From: Tubiluchus corallicola
Lineage: Eukaryota > Animalia > Priapulida
Assembly: GCA_030141605.1 (NCBI GenBank)
Contig: JAQGDQ010000071.1
Location: 289,605 to 353,604 of the forward strand
Reading direction: 5' to 3'
DNA length: 64,000 nt
Each line of letters begins with the position of its first letter. Position 1 is the stretch's first letter. Shown piece after piece: positions 19,601-33,100 of this stretch. The position numbers and the translations under genes were made by a program. A model generated the notes under the pieces. The model did not search any database. It saw only the letters and a program-made list of their open reading frames with translations, and had not been told where the DNA came from.

Positions 19601-22600
19601 CTATATATGTATTATAAATCTTTATTTGCCATAAAATAGATGTTGTAACATTTGATAAAACCATTAAAATGCATCCATCAGTGTTAGTAGATGAGTATAC
19701 ACTGTTGAAGGCAAATATGTCAGGTTAGTAATCTAAAAAGTAATACAGTAAATTGCTAGTTCTAAAATCAGTTCTAAAATCTAAAGTTTACAAATTATAT
19801 CTATATGCGTAGTTAAATTCAAATTGCATCACCAACAGTTAACGAATTACAGAATTTACAATTTTTCTGAACATTTTAAAACAAAAGCAAATAATAATGC
19901 AATTGTACTAAGAAGAATACGACTCGCTTATAATTACAAGACTAAAAAATAAAAGTTTAGAAGAAAAGTCTAAATTTCTAAGTTTGGTTTCAGACATTTC
20001 TTGTTCATATTTGATAATATTTCATTGCCTTGTCGGAATGGAGTTGTTTGAGGTTCAAGGCACGTTATTTCAATGTGTAGTGCCAGTCACCTGTCCTAAA
20101 ATGACGGTCTGGGCTAAAAAGAAGAATTGTGGTAGGCAGGAAGGTTGTTGGCCCATGTCCTAAAGCTATATAACTACATTCCAACATCTAGTTTTTTGCA
20201 GATGCATGCTATAATATAGATGTCAAAAATAGAACAGCACGTTTTCGTTGAACGTCTTGCTAAATCAATTGTAGTACTTAACGGACATTTTTTTAATTAG
20301 TTTGCAGTAGAATTTGTATGTTATTAGATTTTATAGCTCTCTAATTGTTGACTGATTAGTGTTATCATGTAGTTGGTAGTAGAATTGTAGTTTATCTGCA
20401 TGCTACACTTAGCTATAACAGTCTTATAAATAATGTTTAACTATAGATTCACATTGCAGTACTGGCTCAGTACTACAGCATGCAGTACTGCAGTAATATT
20501 GGATAATATATAGTTAAACATTACACTAAGGACTGTTACAGCTGTCTGTACTATGCAGATGAAATGCATTTCAATTGTCTAGTACCTAGTATATAACAAC
20601 CATCAGAGAGCTATAAAATTGTATTGTTCCTGTAGTGCTCACTGATAACAGTAATGCTCTGATTAGCTTTGAAGAGTTGACTCTTGAAAGTGGATACATT
20701 ACTGTATTATATAACATAATAATTGTCAGTTGGTTATCATGTTTGACTTGTTGTTTGGTTTAGGCTTGATAGACAATTCAAGTTTGCTGCTTTTTGCAGC
20801 ATTTTATCTGGTTAAAGACAGCTTTTTGTGATTTTGTTTAAATCTCGCAGACTTTTGAACTTCTGATTTTAGAAATGCTTGTACATTACATTCAAGTACA
20901 TGACTGTTTTTCAGCATTTTTTTTTCTGTTTTCTTGCATTGTTTGAATTTGCTTCGTTTAACTGTTTCATAAAGTGTAGTAGTAATTATATTACTATTTC
21001 AACGGCCTGTTGTGTTTTTGTGTTTGGTGATGGCAACGGTTCTTTCTATTGCGTATCTTATTTGTGGTTTTCATTCACTAACGGAAACTAGCTTATTGAC
21101 GGTTCTGCCGTAAATACTAATTACATGCACTCAGCTTCAATGCACATCCTCACGTTACTGACATACATCGTGCAAACCTGACCATTAATTGCAATTAGTG
21201 AGAGCCGGTAATTTGTAGTCATTAGTGAGAAAAGGCTGACTGCACTCATATCATCAGTTCATTATTTCTCAATGTATTCCCATTTGCAAGCAAGAGTGTA
21301 ATGATGTGCATTTACCTGGATTTGACCTCTAGAGGTCATTATTATGTGTGCAGTCAGGTACGTAGGGGACCAGCTCTAATAAGGGGTTTGAATTGTCGCC
21401 TTTATTTTGTTTATACTCATTCTGTTATAGGTTTTTTATAGCTGTGCCATTGGCAGTTTCTCCAGTTGTTGACTTGTTTATTTTTTTAATAAGTTACAAA
21501 CATTTTAGTTCCCTAGTGACTAAATTAACCAAAAAAATCTATTGCGCATAATACAACAGCCACACAAGTGAATGCATACTTATTTATTTATAATTTCTAC
21601 CCACAATAATTATTTCATAGAGATTAGCTGATTGGTGTGCTGTTAAATGAATTGGGCACACTGTCCGTTGTTTTCTTATATGCCATGTTTTGTTGTTATA
21701 CATTCAATAAGGATTACTTACAACATTGAGTGTGTTGATCATGCCACTCTGAAATGACAAAAAGCTAGCAGAAAGGTCGAAACTGGACAGAATACTTGGC
21801 AAAGGTGTTGTATTTAAGTAACGGGACCTGCAGACACTCATCTGACTTACGGAGAGTAAGCGTCAGTTGATCCCCAGCTGCATTCGGTTGCAAAATGTGT
21901 ATGTAGTACATTGATCGAAATGTGAGAATAAAGTGTTTGTTAAGCATTTCTAAAAATGATGAGAACAAATTAATTTTAAACCCCAAAACAAGTTAAGGTA
22001 AATTCATGCTCGCTTTAACTATACTTGAATTGTAAAATGCAAGTGTAGCAAAGTTTCAGGAAGTTAGTAACCTAAATCGATCACATCTTGTTTTCCCACT
22101 TTCCAAGAAATGTGCTGCATTCTATTTTAAATTTTAGCTCTTATAATACGTTATTAGCAAGTACAAATACATATAATATATTTACACTTGGTTTATTCCT
22201 ATTTATTTTCATTAGGTTTTTGCTTTACGTGAAAAATCAGTGAAATGAACTAGAAAGTTCATCGGTCAAGTCGCGTCACGTTGTTTAAAAGTGACCGCTG
22301 ATCAGTGAGAGTAACCTACGGTTAACCTGATTGTAACGACTAAGTTTAATAATTTACTTAAATGTAAATACAGGTTGGTAATTGTATACAGGTGAATGCA
22401 AAACTGTAACGTATAGGTGAAAGGTTAATAAGCTGTAATTAATTTTAATGCCTCTTGTGAAACCTTACATTGACCAAAGTGAGCATTTCTAGGTTACGTG
22501 GTTAGGTCACCACCATTAAATATCTGGCTAGTAAGAGTTAACAAATAGGTAAAATGTCATTTTTACAGCTATGAAGTAGCTACTAAAATCATAGACCTAC

Positions 22601-25600
22601 TTCGACTTTTGGAGTAGATTTATTTCACTTATTTTTGAATCCATGTGTTGGAATGTTCACCTACATCATTTTTTACCTAAAATGCTAGTGCTTTTTTTAC
22701 CTGATTTGCAGCAGCAAACTTACACAGTTTTTATGTGCATTTACAAAAACGTATAAAGTGATAAATTGATTGGTTTTTGAACTAGTTTTGGTCTTTTACG
22801 TTTTTTGAACATCGAGCCTAGAACTGTTTCTATGTAAAATTGTGTAAGTTTTGTTTTTTTTAATTAATATTTCTTCAAAAGGGCATTGGAAAGAGCCACA
22901 GAATTACTATTGAGTTATTAGTAATTATGGTAATTATTTTGTTTTTGCACAGGATGCTCGTGCAAGCTATGATGTTAATGACAGAGACTCTGATCCAACT
23001 CCTAGATATGATTATAAAGATGAGAACAGGCAAGTATTTACTAAATTAATTTAGAATTTACCTTATTAATCTGCATATTCTCAGTAAAGTATTTCCCATT
23101 TCCTGCAGAACCTGCATGCATTACACTTGTTAAATGAGTAATTGTAATGCTATAGTTACTAGCAAAAAAATACTTCCAGTTCCAGTTCTCAATAGGCATT
23201 GAATAACTGTTCCCAGACTGCATATGTGCTATAACAGTTTTAGCAACAAATATAGCTATAAAATTTTTCTTATTATTTTTAGTTTTTCATGTTGAGAATA
23301 TGTCTAAATTAATGCCTTGAGGCAAGGCGATACGTGAGTTTGCTTAGCTATGTGAGGGCTCAGTTTAACAATACTGAACCTGGATTGTAAGAGGATGGAT
23401 GGGTGACCATTGAATATACTGCTCTTGGGTAGTGTGATCTACTGCACTGCCTTCTGGTTAAGCTCATTCTGTATTGGAGGCAAGATACATGTAGTTCAAC
23501 CTTGTCACGGTTCAGTTGGAGAATTATATGCTTGAAAGTGAACTAGGTTTTACTTCTGCTGCAACGATTAAGGTTATTTTATAGTAGTTAAGTTTGCTTT
23601 AAGTCCTTTGTTTTGGTTTTCAGTAAGCTGAATTGGGTTGTAAAACAGTGCATTATTAAAAAAATTAATTTGTTTCTAGCAACACTTAATTTTGTGTTCT
23701 TGGTCCCAGTAGGTCTCCTGTGTTTCTCCTAGTGCACTTTGTTTCACAAACATTTGGAATTCTGTTAAAAATGACTGTATAATATTTAGTACTAGTACTT
23801 GGGTTTGTAATAATATGCGGAACTCTCACACAGTTACTTACGTTAATTGTAAGAAATCCTTTTCATCGTACTGATTGAATCATACACAAAACATAATATA
23901 ATTGCAGCCTTGCACATATGTTTTAACTTTTATCGTTACTGCCTACCAGCCGACCAACCATAAACATTTTCCTAAACATCCCGTGGTTATTTTGAATCAT
24001 AAAGGCCAACGCATCATAGCGGTATCGTGTTTATTTTCTAGGACGTTTGCGCTTTAGATTAAGCTCTGTTATAATGGCATCTTGCTCGTAAACTTGTATT
24101 TTCCTTGGTAATAAAGTAATGGGTTTTATGGTGTTATGCTCTACCTACATGTATGTGCCAATTTCTGGTTTCCTCTGACTTTCCCAAATAACTTGTTTGT
24201 AGTTTTCCGATTTTTGTAATTTGTGTAAAAAAGGTAGATCTCCACGTGCACGTGGTGCCTGAACCGCAATCCGTAATACGTGTTGCGTATTGATTGTTTC
24301 GCATGCGTCCATGAATGCTATGCGTATTAACAAAGCTCAGGTTGCTATTCATGAAAATAGGAAGTAATAATTTTTGGAACCCCCGTCCCTGTCGACCCTG
24401 TTGCGCTTCTTCCACCTCTCAAAAACTGATATAGTAAAAATATTGAGTTTCTCCATTTGAGACCTGTCTTGAAATGACCAAAATTCACCTAACCAGAAAG
24501 CTATCAGTGAAAATGGTTACAGGAAATGTGAAAAGTCTGTAAATCACCTAGGCAACAGCAGTTTCCCTCCATTGATGGATGATGTTGATTTTTATCCATT
24601 GATAGGATGATGTTGACAATTGCAAATATTTACTGCAAAGCTATTGTAAAATAATATAATTCCATATATTTTATATATGTGACTGGCTGAACCATCTTCA
24701 CATATTATCTCAGTCCTTTTCCAGAAACATTTCCCTAGTACTGGTAGGCAATATTTTCTTTATAAACACGAGTCTGGCAACTATTTGATGTTTTTATAGG
24801 TTATTACGACTCATTTCTAGATGATTGCTGTAATGCCTGCACATGCCAGTTTAATGGTTTCAAATGTTGATCAATTCACTTTGATGCTCTGCTGTTTCCT
24901 ATGCAAATAGTCACTTCCCTACTTCAGTAAAATGAAATAAATTTTGCATTTAATCTCAAAGAGCGTTATTAAAACTTTGGGGAGTCATAGTTGGATTACT
25001 GTAATTCTTACCTGCTTTGCTTTTAGGCATGGAACAAGATGTGCGGGCGAAATCGCGGCTGTTGCTAACAACAGTGTATGCATAGTTGGAGTAGCCTATG
25101 ATGCATTTATCGGAGGTAAGACAATATTTGTAGCTAAATCAGAGATGTTATCGAAAAGAAATTAGTATGGGGTTGCTATTTGTGGCTCAGTTGATAAAGT
25201 GCCTGCATTGCAATTAGGAGGTATCAGATTTGGAAGTCGTGTATCTGCTTTCTTTACATTTCTAAAAAGAGATCTAATATTAACTTCTCTGTACGGAAGT
25301 AATTCACCATCAACAGCTTGGACTTTTTGTCATAGTGGCACTTTCCTAACTAACTGAAGAGAAGCAGTTGATAGTATCTGTGCTACAATGTGGGAATGGG
25401 GCAAATAATAACGAATGAATGTTTGCTGAAGATCATTTGTTGTCCTACAATCTTTCTTCTTTACTATAAAACATTTAGATATTTCATCTGGCCATTGCTT
25501 TCAAACTATTATATTATGTGCTGATAGCACTTTTCTGAATGCAATTAAATGTGCGTGTCATTTTTATTTGTGAGATAAATAATGATAAAAGGATGTAAGT

Positions 25601-27112
25601 CATTCAGTATTACGTGTCTGTGACTCCAGCGTTAACTACAGCGTAAGTATACCGGCCTATTGTGGTTACTGGGCTTGAATGTTTGGTGTCTGCATTAAAA
25701 TGTTAAGCTTTGCACTAGGTTTGTAAACGCACATCAATGTCAAACCTATGATTTAGTGAATCACAGCTGGTGATAGTTGAGCATTAGCATTTAGACAGCT
25801 GAGTGGTTTCTCAGAACTAAGTACTGTGTTTTAGCCTGGCTTCCTATTACCAATCAAGCAGTGCTATATTTATCATTACTCATCAAGTAATATGATCAAC
25901 TGAGTGAATATTTACTATGTGTGGTGGTTACACAGTATCTTTGCGGGTACATTACCATTAATTCTGTTAATGAAATAAGGGATAACGGGTTAGCTTCTGT
26001 AATATATAATCAATTGCTTATATTGCAATAAGGATGTAAGGCAAAAGTTTTTGCTGTCACAAAGAGATGGTTGCTGCGAGAGAGATTATCAGATCTGTTC
26101 ATTGTCCTTTGACAAAGTTTAGCATGACCACGTGTCATTAGAAAAAAATCTGATTTTGAAATTGTCTACTAATTGCAGTAAATAATTGTAGTTCCTAGAA
26201 ATGTAGTTTGCTTTTCTTTGTTGGCAGAGCTAGACGTATTACAGGTTTAAAGTTTTAACAAGTAATAATTTAAATGATTATTTGTTTTGGGTGAAATTAG
26301 CAATAACATGATAAATCTTTTCAGATTTTTTATTTTAGGTAATTAATCAATCAATTACATCACTGCTAACTCACTCAGTGAGATGTTTTTTTACAGTTTT
26401 CATGGTAACTTTTTCTGCAAAAAATTTTTTCGTTAGGTTAATTATCCTTTAACATAAACTGTAAAACTTTTATCAATTCTGGCTATTCGCTGTAAAAAAT
26501 CATTTTGCTGTTTTTATTTTTGATGAATTATAGGTTAATTAACTATTTTTATTGTGATGATGACTGTGTTATCGAACCAACAGCCTTCTAGACATAAAGC
26601 ATACGCCTTGCCCGTCATGACTATCTTTTGCCAGAGATCAAGGCTCTATTTGTTGTTAATCCTTACAGCCACAAATGTTATCAGATTTTGTGTTTACAAT
26701 GTTATTAATGGATTGCAGAAATAAACATATTAACGTCAACAGTTTATGATACATGATGGCAAAGATTAGTAAATATCATTAAGAGAAAATTTACTTCACT
26801 GCCCAAAGTGGAGACGATGAAAGTGAGTGTTATTAGAGTGCTTTTAGCAGTCTAGTAATGTAGATGTAGATAAATCATGTTAGTGGTATTGAAGAAAGAG
26901 CAAGATTACATTCACTATTTGTACATCTTTGTGATAGGTATTCACATTGTCATCAGTACTGTACAAATCCAAGTTTTTTACTTGTACCTGCACTATCTAA
27001 AAATATGGGAGAGACAGGTAGAAACGAGGAGGAAAAGAAGGTTAATTTAACTCTTTATTTCGAACTAAGTTTACAGAATGCATAACATACAATACTTACA
27101 ATTTTTTTCACC

Positions 27113-27174
<62 letters not shown>

Positions 27175-30100
27175 AGAAAGAGCGAAAGAGAGAGAGAGAG
27201 AGAGGGGGCGGAGAGAGAGAGAGGGAAAGAGAGAGAGAGAGAGAGCATTATTATTTTTAGTGGTGTATAATGAAATAAATAAGAATTTTTTTTGAACATT
27301 AGTGAGTCCCTGTGGATTGTCACTAGTAGCACTATTTCCCTCAAACTACCTATAGTTTATATACTATTTTTAAAATGCAAAGACCACTCAGTCTTTCTAC
27401 CTGTTCCTGTCCAATGTAATGATGTATGTCTACCACTATAAAACATATAAACAATTTAAACTAAACTTTGATGCTGTCCCGTGTTTATCACGCTTGGCAT
27501 CTTTTAGGAAGTTTTTCAGCAGCTGTACTGGTGATTAGATGTCTTCCTATTTATCTTTACAAATGTTTTGGAAAGCTGTAAGGGAATTACCAAAATGATG
27601 CAGTTTCTCAAAGAGCTTGTTAATCATTCCATTAACACGAGTATTTTCATTTCCCAGTAGAGCACTCCATGCGTATCTTATAACATTTGCTCAGCGAAAA
27701 ACTTGTTTTCATATCCAGTACAAAAAGCTCATGGAACACGGTTTGTTAGTGTTTTCTACAAACCTAATCTTTGCTATTGATTACTCGCAGTTATGTTTGA
27801 GAATTGGATATTTTAATGTTGCACATGTGGCACCTCTACTGTCACTAATGTGATGTAGTAATGTCGCATGCAAAGAGGTGAAATACTGGAATGTGTAGTA
27901 ATTGACTGTATTCGATTGTTTGTTGGAAAATCTCAATAAGATCAGAAATTGCAAAGCCCAAACGCCCACGTATAGCATTGAGATAAATTCAGCGTACTAC
28001 GACTGTGTGGTGTCTAGAATCTAGTCTGGCTTACTGTTTTGATTTGTATAATTTTTTGTTTTTTTTTTTTATTTTATAGTCCAGATGAACAGGCCTTTTT
28101 CTGCCATATAAGCTTGCCCTGTTAGTTTTTGCCTTGAAACATATTTTGGTAGTGTTTATAATAACTTCTGGGCCAAGTGAACATTTTAAATGTGACCTAA
28201 TAATATAAGCTAGCCTTTTTAGCAGTACCAACATTTCAGCTTACTTTTATAGTTACTCAATAGACGATTATATCCTAAGTGGACCTTGTAACTGGCAGCA
28301 AATAGTTTTTTACGAAAAATCTGTGTTTCTACTCTAGTTATCAGTTGCTTAATAACAATGTTATTTCATTGGTCATTGACAAACGAGCAATGCTTTAGCT
28401 TATGCTTAAATTCAGTAAATTGTGTTATTAGTGCACATTTTGTTGAGATGCACTCAGACCCGCCTCGGGTTTTGCCAACCTGTTTAGTTTCTTGTTTTGC
28501 TTTCGTCTTTATTTTTGATCTTCTCCGGCTTCCTGTCCTGAATTTCACAAAAAAAATCATCAGCAACTGTGTGCCTGTCTTTTCCCTTCACTTTGGTATT
28601 TGTTGATTTTTTGTGCGCGCTTATTTAGTTGAACGCGTTTATAAATACTGTACATTTTGGGAATTCTGGATCTGCATAACAAATACCAACAACATGCTAA
28701 GCGTCCGTTTGACAGCTTGTACGTGTTTATTTTGAAAAGCACAAGAATAACAGATTCTGTCCATGTGCGTTGGTTGTGCCATCCGTAAACTAAATGCGCA
28801 ACTGCTTCAGCTTCCCCAGTGGGAGTTGAACAGTTTCCTTTTTAGGCACACTGAAAGTGGGTGGTCACCGGTATTAAATATTTTATTCGATATAAAATGT
28901 TTTTAAATAAAATTCAACTTGTAGTAGTAGGGTTATTTTGCCAATTAAGGCTTATAATTTACATTAGTCTAGTGTGGTCTCAGAATGGTTGTATGTGTGT
29001 CCACTGTAACTCCATGCTATGCTAATCTTGATTTAATTCTTAGTTACATAATTGTAAATTAAAGTACTTAGCCGAGTTAGTTTTAGATAGATTCAGCCTT
29101 GTAATCGAAGGATTTTAAGTTTAAGTCTTGTTAATGACAGTACGAGGAAAAGGGTGCCTGAGAAGAAAAAGGAAAGCCTTAGTTTGAACGTTAAGTCACG
29201 AGTATTTTGAATTGCCACACTACTGCGAAGGCTTCTTGAGAGCGGAAAGCATTTGATTATTAAAGAAAGTTGTAAAATGCAGTTGAATCGGGCGAATAGC
29301 TGAGTGGTCACATTGTGTGTGGAACCTGATTAGTAATTTGCTGGGAGACTGCCAGGAAAATCATTTCTGGGCACATTCACTTGCCATACTTCTTCTATTT
29401 TCCTCACTGATTGAAGACGTGTAATAGATATATATATACACTCTACTGTGGCTAAGGCACCTCTGCCTCACCTTGGATGTTTTTCTTTGTTAATGCATTA
29501 CATACCGGTCCTGCCATAAACATCAGTATATTAAGTAGCCCTGCTGTTGAATGCTAGATCCCAGTTTGCAGTTTGCTGTTCAAAAAATTATATCGTAGAT
29601 GAGATGCAAACTCATAAAGTGCACCTTTCGTTGTAATTTTGATATTGCAACACAGGTAAGGCATTATGAGCACTTAGTGTGGAAATTTACAGATTCATTA
29701 TTTCCAGTCTAACAGTAGATTTCTCTCAAGTTCGGCTTTGACAAGAAGAAGCCTTTGTTCCGGTTTTATTATTGTTTCCTAGATGTTTTGCTAAATATTT
29801 ATTTTCTGTTGAATAAACATTTACATTAATTAATATCAAACTCAGCAGTGTGTGTAACCAGCTGGAGAGCTACACACTCAGCAAATTAAATTCGCCCCAT
29901 GCGTGAGATATCAATTATATCATGCATGTGTGCCCACATGATAACAGTTTGAGGAACTGCCACGTATCAAAAATTGCAGATTTTTTTATGCTAATTTTAT
30001 AAGAACATAGCTTTGACTAAAATTGCCAGTTGTGCCTTTTTCTGAATACTTCGTTTCCAGTTTTTCTATTTCTATGTTTCTTGATTAAAACGTGGAGATT

Positions 30101-33100
30101 TTTCTGTCCTGCCCGAATATCGTGCCTTTTAAGACTTATTAAATGCTTCATAGGATGTATGCCTCATTACTTTTAAGCTGCAATAATATACATTAATTTT
30201 TGCCTTGCTTCTGCGATAATATACCTTGGTTTCAATTAAAATTAAGTTTTTTTGTGATTTAGTGGCAAAAAATTCTGGTAAAAGTCAGTAAAAGCCAAAG
30301 CAGAACCCACAGTTTTCTAGAAATTTTTCGTGAAAAATGTTTGAAACTGAAAGTGAAGGTGTCTAAAGAATTTCTATGCATATCACATAAGTCTGTCCGA
30401 TCTTTTAGTAGGACTGAGCTCTACAGATCTCAGAAACTTCCCAGCCATTAAAAAAACCATTTTTGAAGTCTGGAAGTGTTTATGATAGCATCTTTTATGA
30501 TACGTCAACGTTCTTGCTGACTGATTGATGATGCATCTTTTTCGCATGGTTTATGAACTGTTTAGAGAGCTTTGCCGCTGCCCAGATGTTTTATTTATCT
30601 CTTTCTCTTTGTGGTGAGTCTGCTGCTCGCTGCGGCTAGTTGTAAAATGCCTCAGTTTTCTTTGGTTGCCAAAATTTCATTCATTATTAGCTGCTATTGG
30701 AAATCAACTGTTGGTGATGTCTTCTTAGAATTGAACTTGTGTTGCTAGTTGTACACTTAGTGATAGTGATTATAGATCTCAATTGTGTTCGATTCAGGGA
30801 AATAATTTTTGAAAAACAAAGTCTGAGTCATTTATTTATATTTAGTAGACACCAGCTTCCTTTTATATTTCTTCTTAGATGACTGCCTACTTTTGCATAC
30901 AAAGCATGTTTACAGTACCTGGGCTGACATCTATTAAAATATTGTTGGAGTATGGAAAGCTGGAGCACCTTTGAAAATTGGGTGTATCACACATTTTTGT
31001 AACTGAAACATTTTCGAAATCCAGTCTACACAAACATTTACTTTCATAGCTTATTTGTTTTGTTTTTGGATTTGATTAATCAGTAGAGAGATTGCAATTA
31101 CTGTAAGTGCACATGGTACTAATTGATTGCTTGGATCACTGTGTAAATGCTTTCTATGCTATGTTAAAATAGCTACAAACATGCAAAAAACATTGCTATT
31201 TTGCAGTACATGTCCATCTTATGACTGTTTTATTTTTCAGGTGTGAGGATGCTAGATGGTGATGTCACTGACGCCGTAGAAGCCATTTCTTTGAGCTTAA
31301 ATCCTCAGCATATTGACATCTACAGTGCCAGTTGGGGTCCAGATGACGATGGTCGAACGGTCGATGGTCCCTCTCGCATGGCCCGCAAAGCTTTCATTGA
31401 CGGTATCAAACAGGTTTGTCTATTTTCTGGTTTTTATAATGCGATTGTGTTTTGCTTCAATGAGGCAATTCTTTCACTGCAGTCAATAAGGGTAAGATAC
31501 ATTTCCGAACTACACTGTTCATCTGTCGGTACTTTTTGGACTGCACTGTGGCAATAACAGTGTTAAAAGCAGAACATTTACACGGTTTACTTGTACAATT
31601 TACATTGTACAATTTACACTTACAAATTATGATCTGAGTTTTGGTATTTGTCTTATAGTTTCATTTGAACTTAGTTGGTTTATTGCATTGTCATGAACTT
31701 ACTTGTTGCATGTTGTTGTTATTATTGTCATTTTCATTATTGCTGCTGAACCCGGAGACTGAAGCTTACTGAAAGATTATATTTCTTATGTTTGCTTCAG
31801 CAGTTTGCAAGCTGAAATCCAGCATACTAACCGCAGGGCTGAAGTTGGTTGTGACAGGACTGGCACCTAATTCATTATTAAGAAAAATCCCCCATGATGA
31901 GATTTGGCCCCATTTAAGAGCCTTGATCATATTCGGGCATGTACACATCTTCCTTCAATGAGGTAAATAGCTGGGGACTTATAGCAGATAAAAGCAACCA
32001 GAAGCAGGTAGCAGTCATCCATCACTTTACTAAATGGGCTCAGCGTAGATTAACTTTGGTCACTAAATTCATATAGTAAGATAAAACTTTTGATAAATTC
32101 AATAAGCTCCCTTAATGTAACAGTGAGTGTTGACTTGCTTAATTCTTGTTTAATTCTTGTCCCAGAAGAAGAAAGACAAACTGAATGTTTCAGTGTGATG
32201 ATTTTCATAACTCATGTTCATCGATTGAAAAATAACCCTACATCCACCTGGTACATATCCTTGCAATGTACCAGCTAAGTGTTAACAAAAACTAGAAGAC
32301 TCCGGGTTATGATTTCACTTCACTACAGATAGTCACTGAAAATTGTAAGGTGGAAAAATTGTAGTTGTGTGATATAGTGAGTAAGCAGGCTATTTCCTGA
32401 CAGGAAGAAAATAGTTACAGAATGTCACAAACTATCCGTGTAATGCACAAACCCTCAATTTTCTTATTTTCCATAGGGACGCGGTGGTCTTGGATCTGTG
32501 TTTGTTTGGGCTTCAGGGAATGGTGGCAGGCAAGAAGATAACTGTAACTGTGACGGCTACACAAACAGCATCTACACCTTGTCAATCAGCAGTGCTACAG
32601 AGAAAGGTGAGTTTTACAGGTTGCACTGTGTGAAATGTTAGGTTAATCATTGAAGTGTTCTTATCTAGTCATTGCCATTTTATTTTTGTTTATCTTCATA
32701 ATACTTTAATTTTTTGCTATTTCATTTCACTTGCCGTTTTTTAATAATGAACAGATTTTAATGTAGTCATTGATTGTATGAATTATATATTTTATAGTCA
32801 TTGGATTGATAGAAAAAAGTCTTAGGGTTTCTAGCTCTGGAATTGAACCCATAGCTTTCTGAATTCCTGTTCAAGCCATGCTAACAAATATGTGTTGGTT
32901 TTCACATTGAATTTCTCTGAATTATTATTTTTAACTTATTTTCTTTGAAATTTTTGATTTTTGCATTTTAGTAGTTTTAGAAGTGTATGTATTGTGTATT
33001 TTTGACATTTTTCTTGTTAAGGACAAATATTTTACGTGCATTGATATGAAGTTAGGAATTATAAAGATAATCTTTCAGGGAGTAGAGATTGTCGCACACC

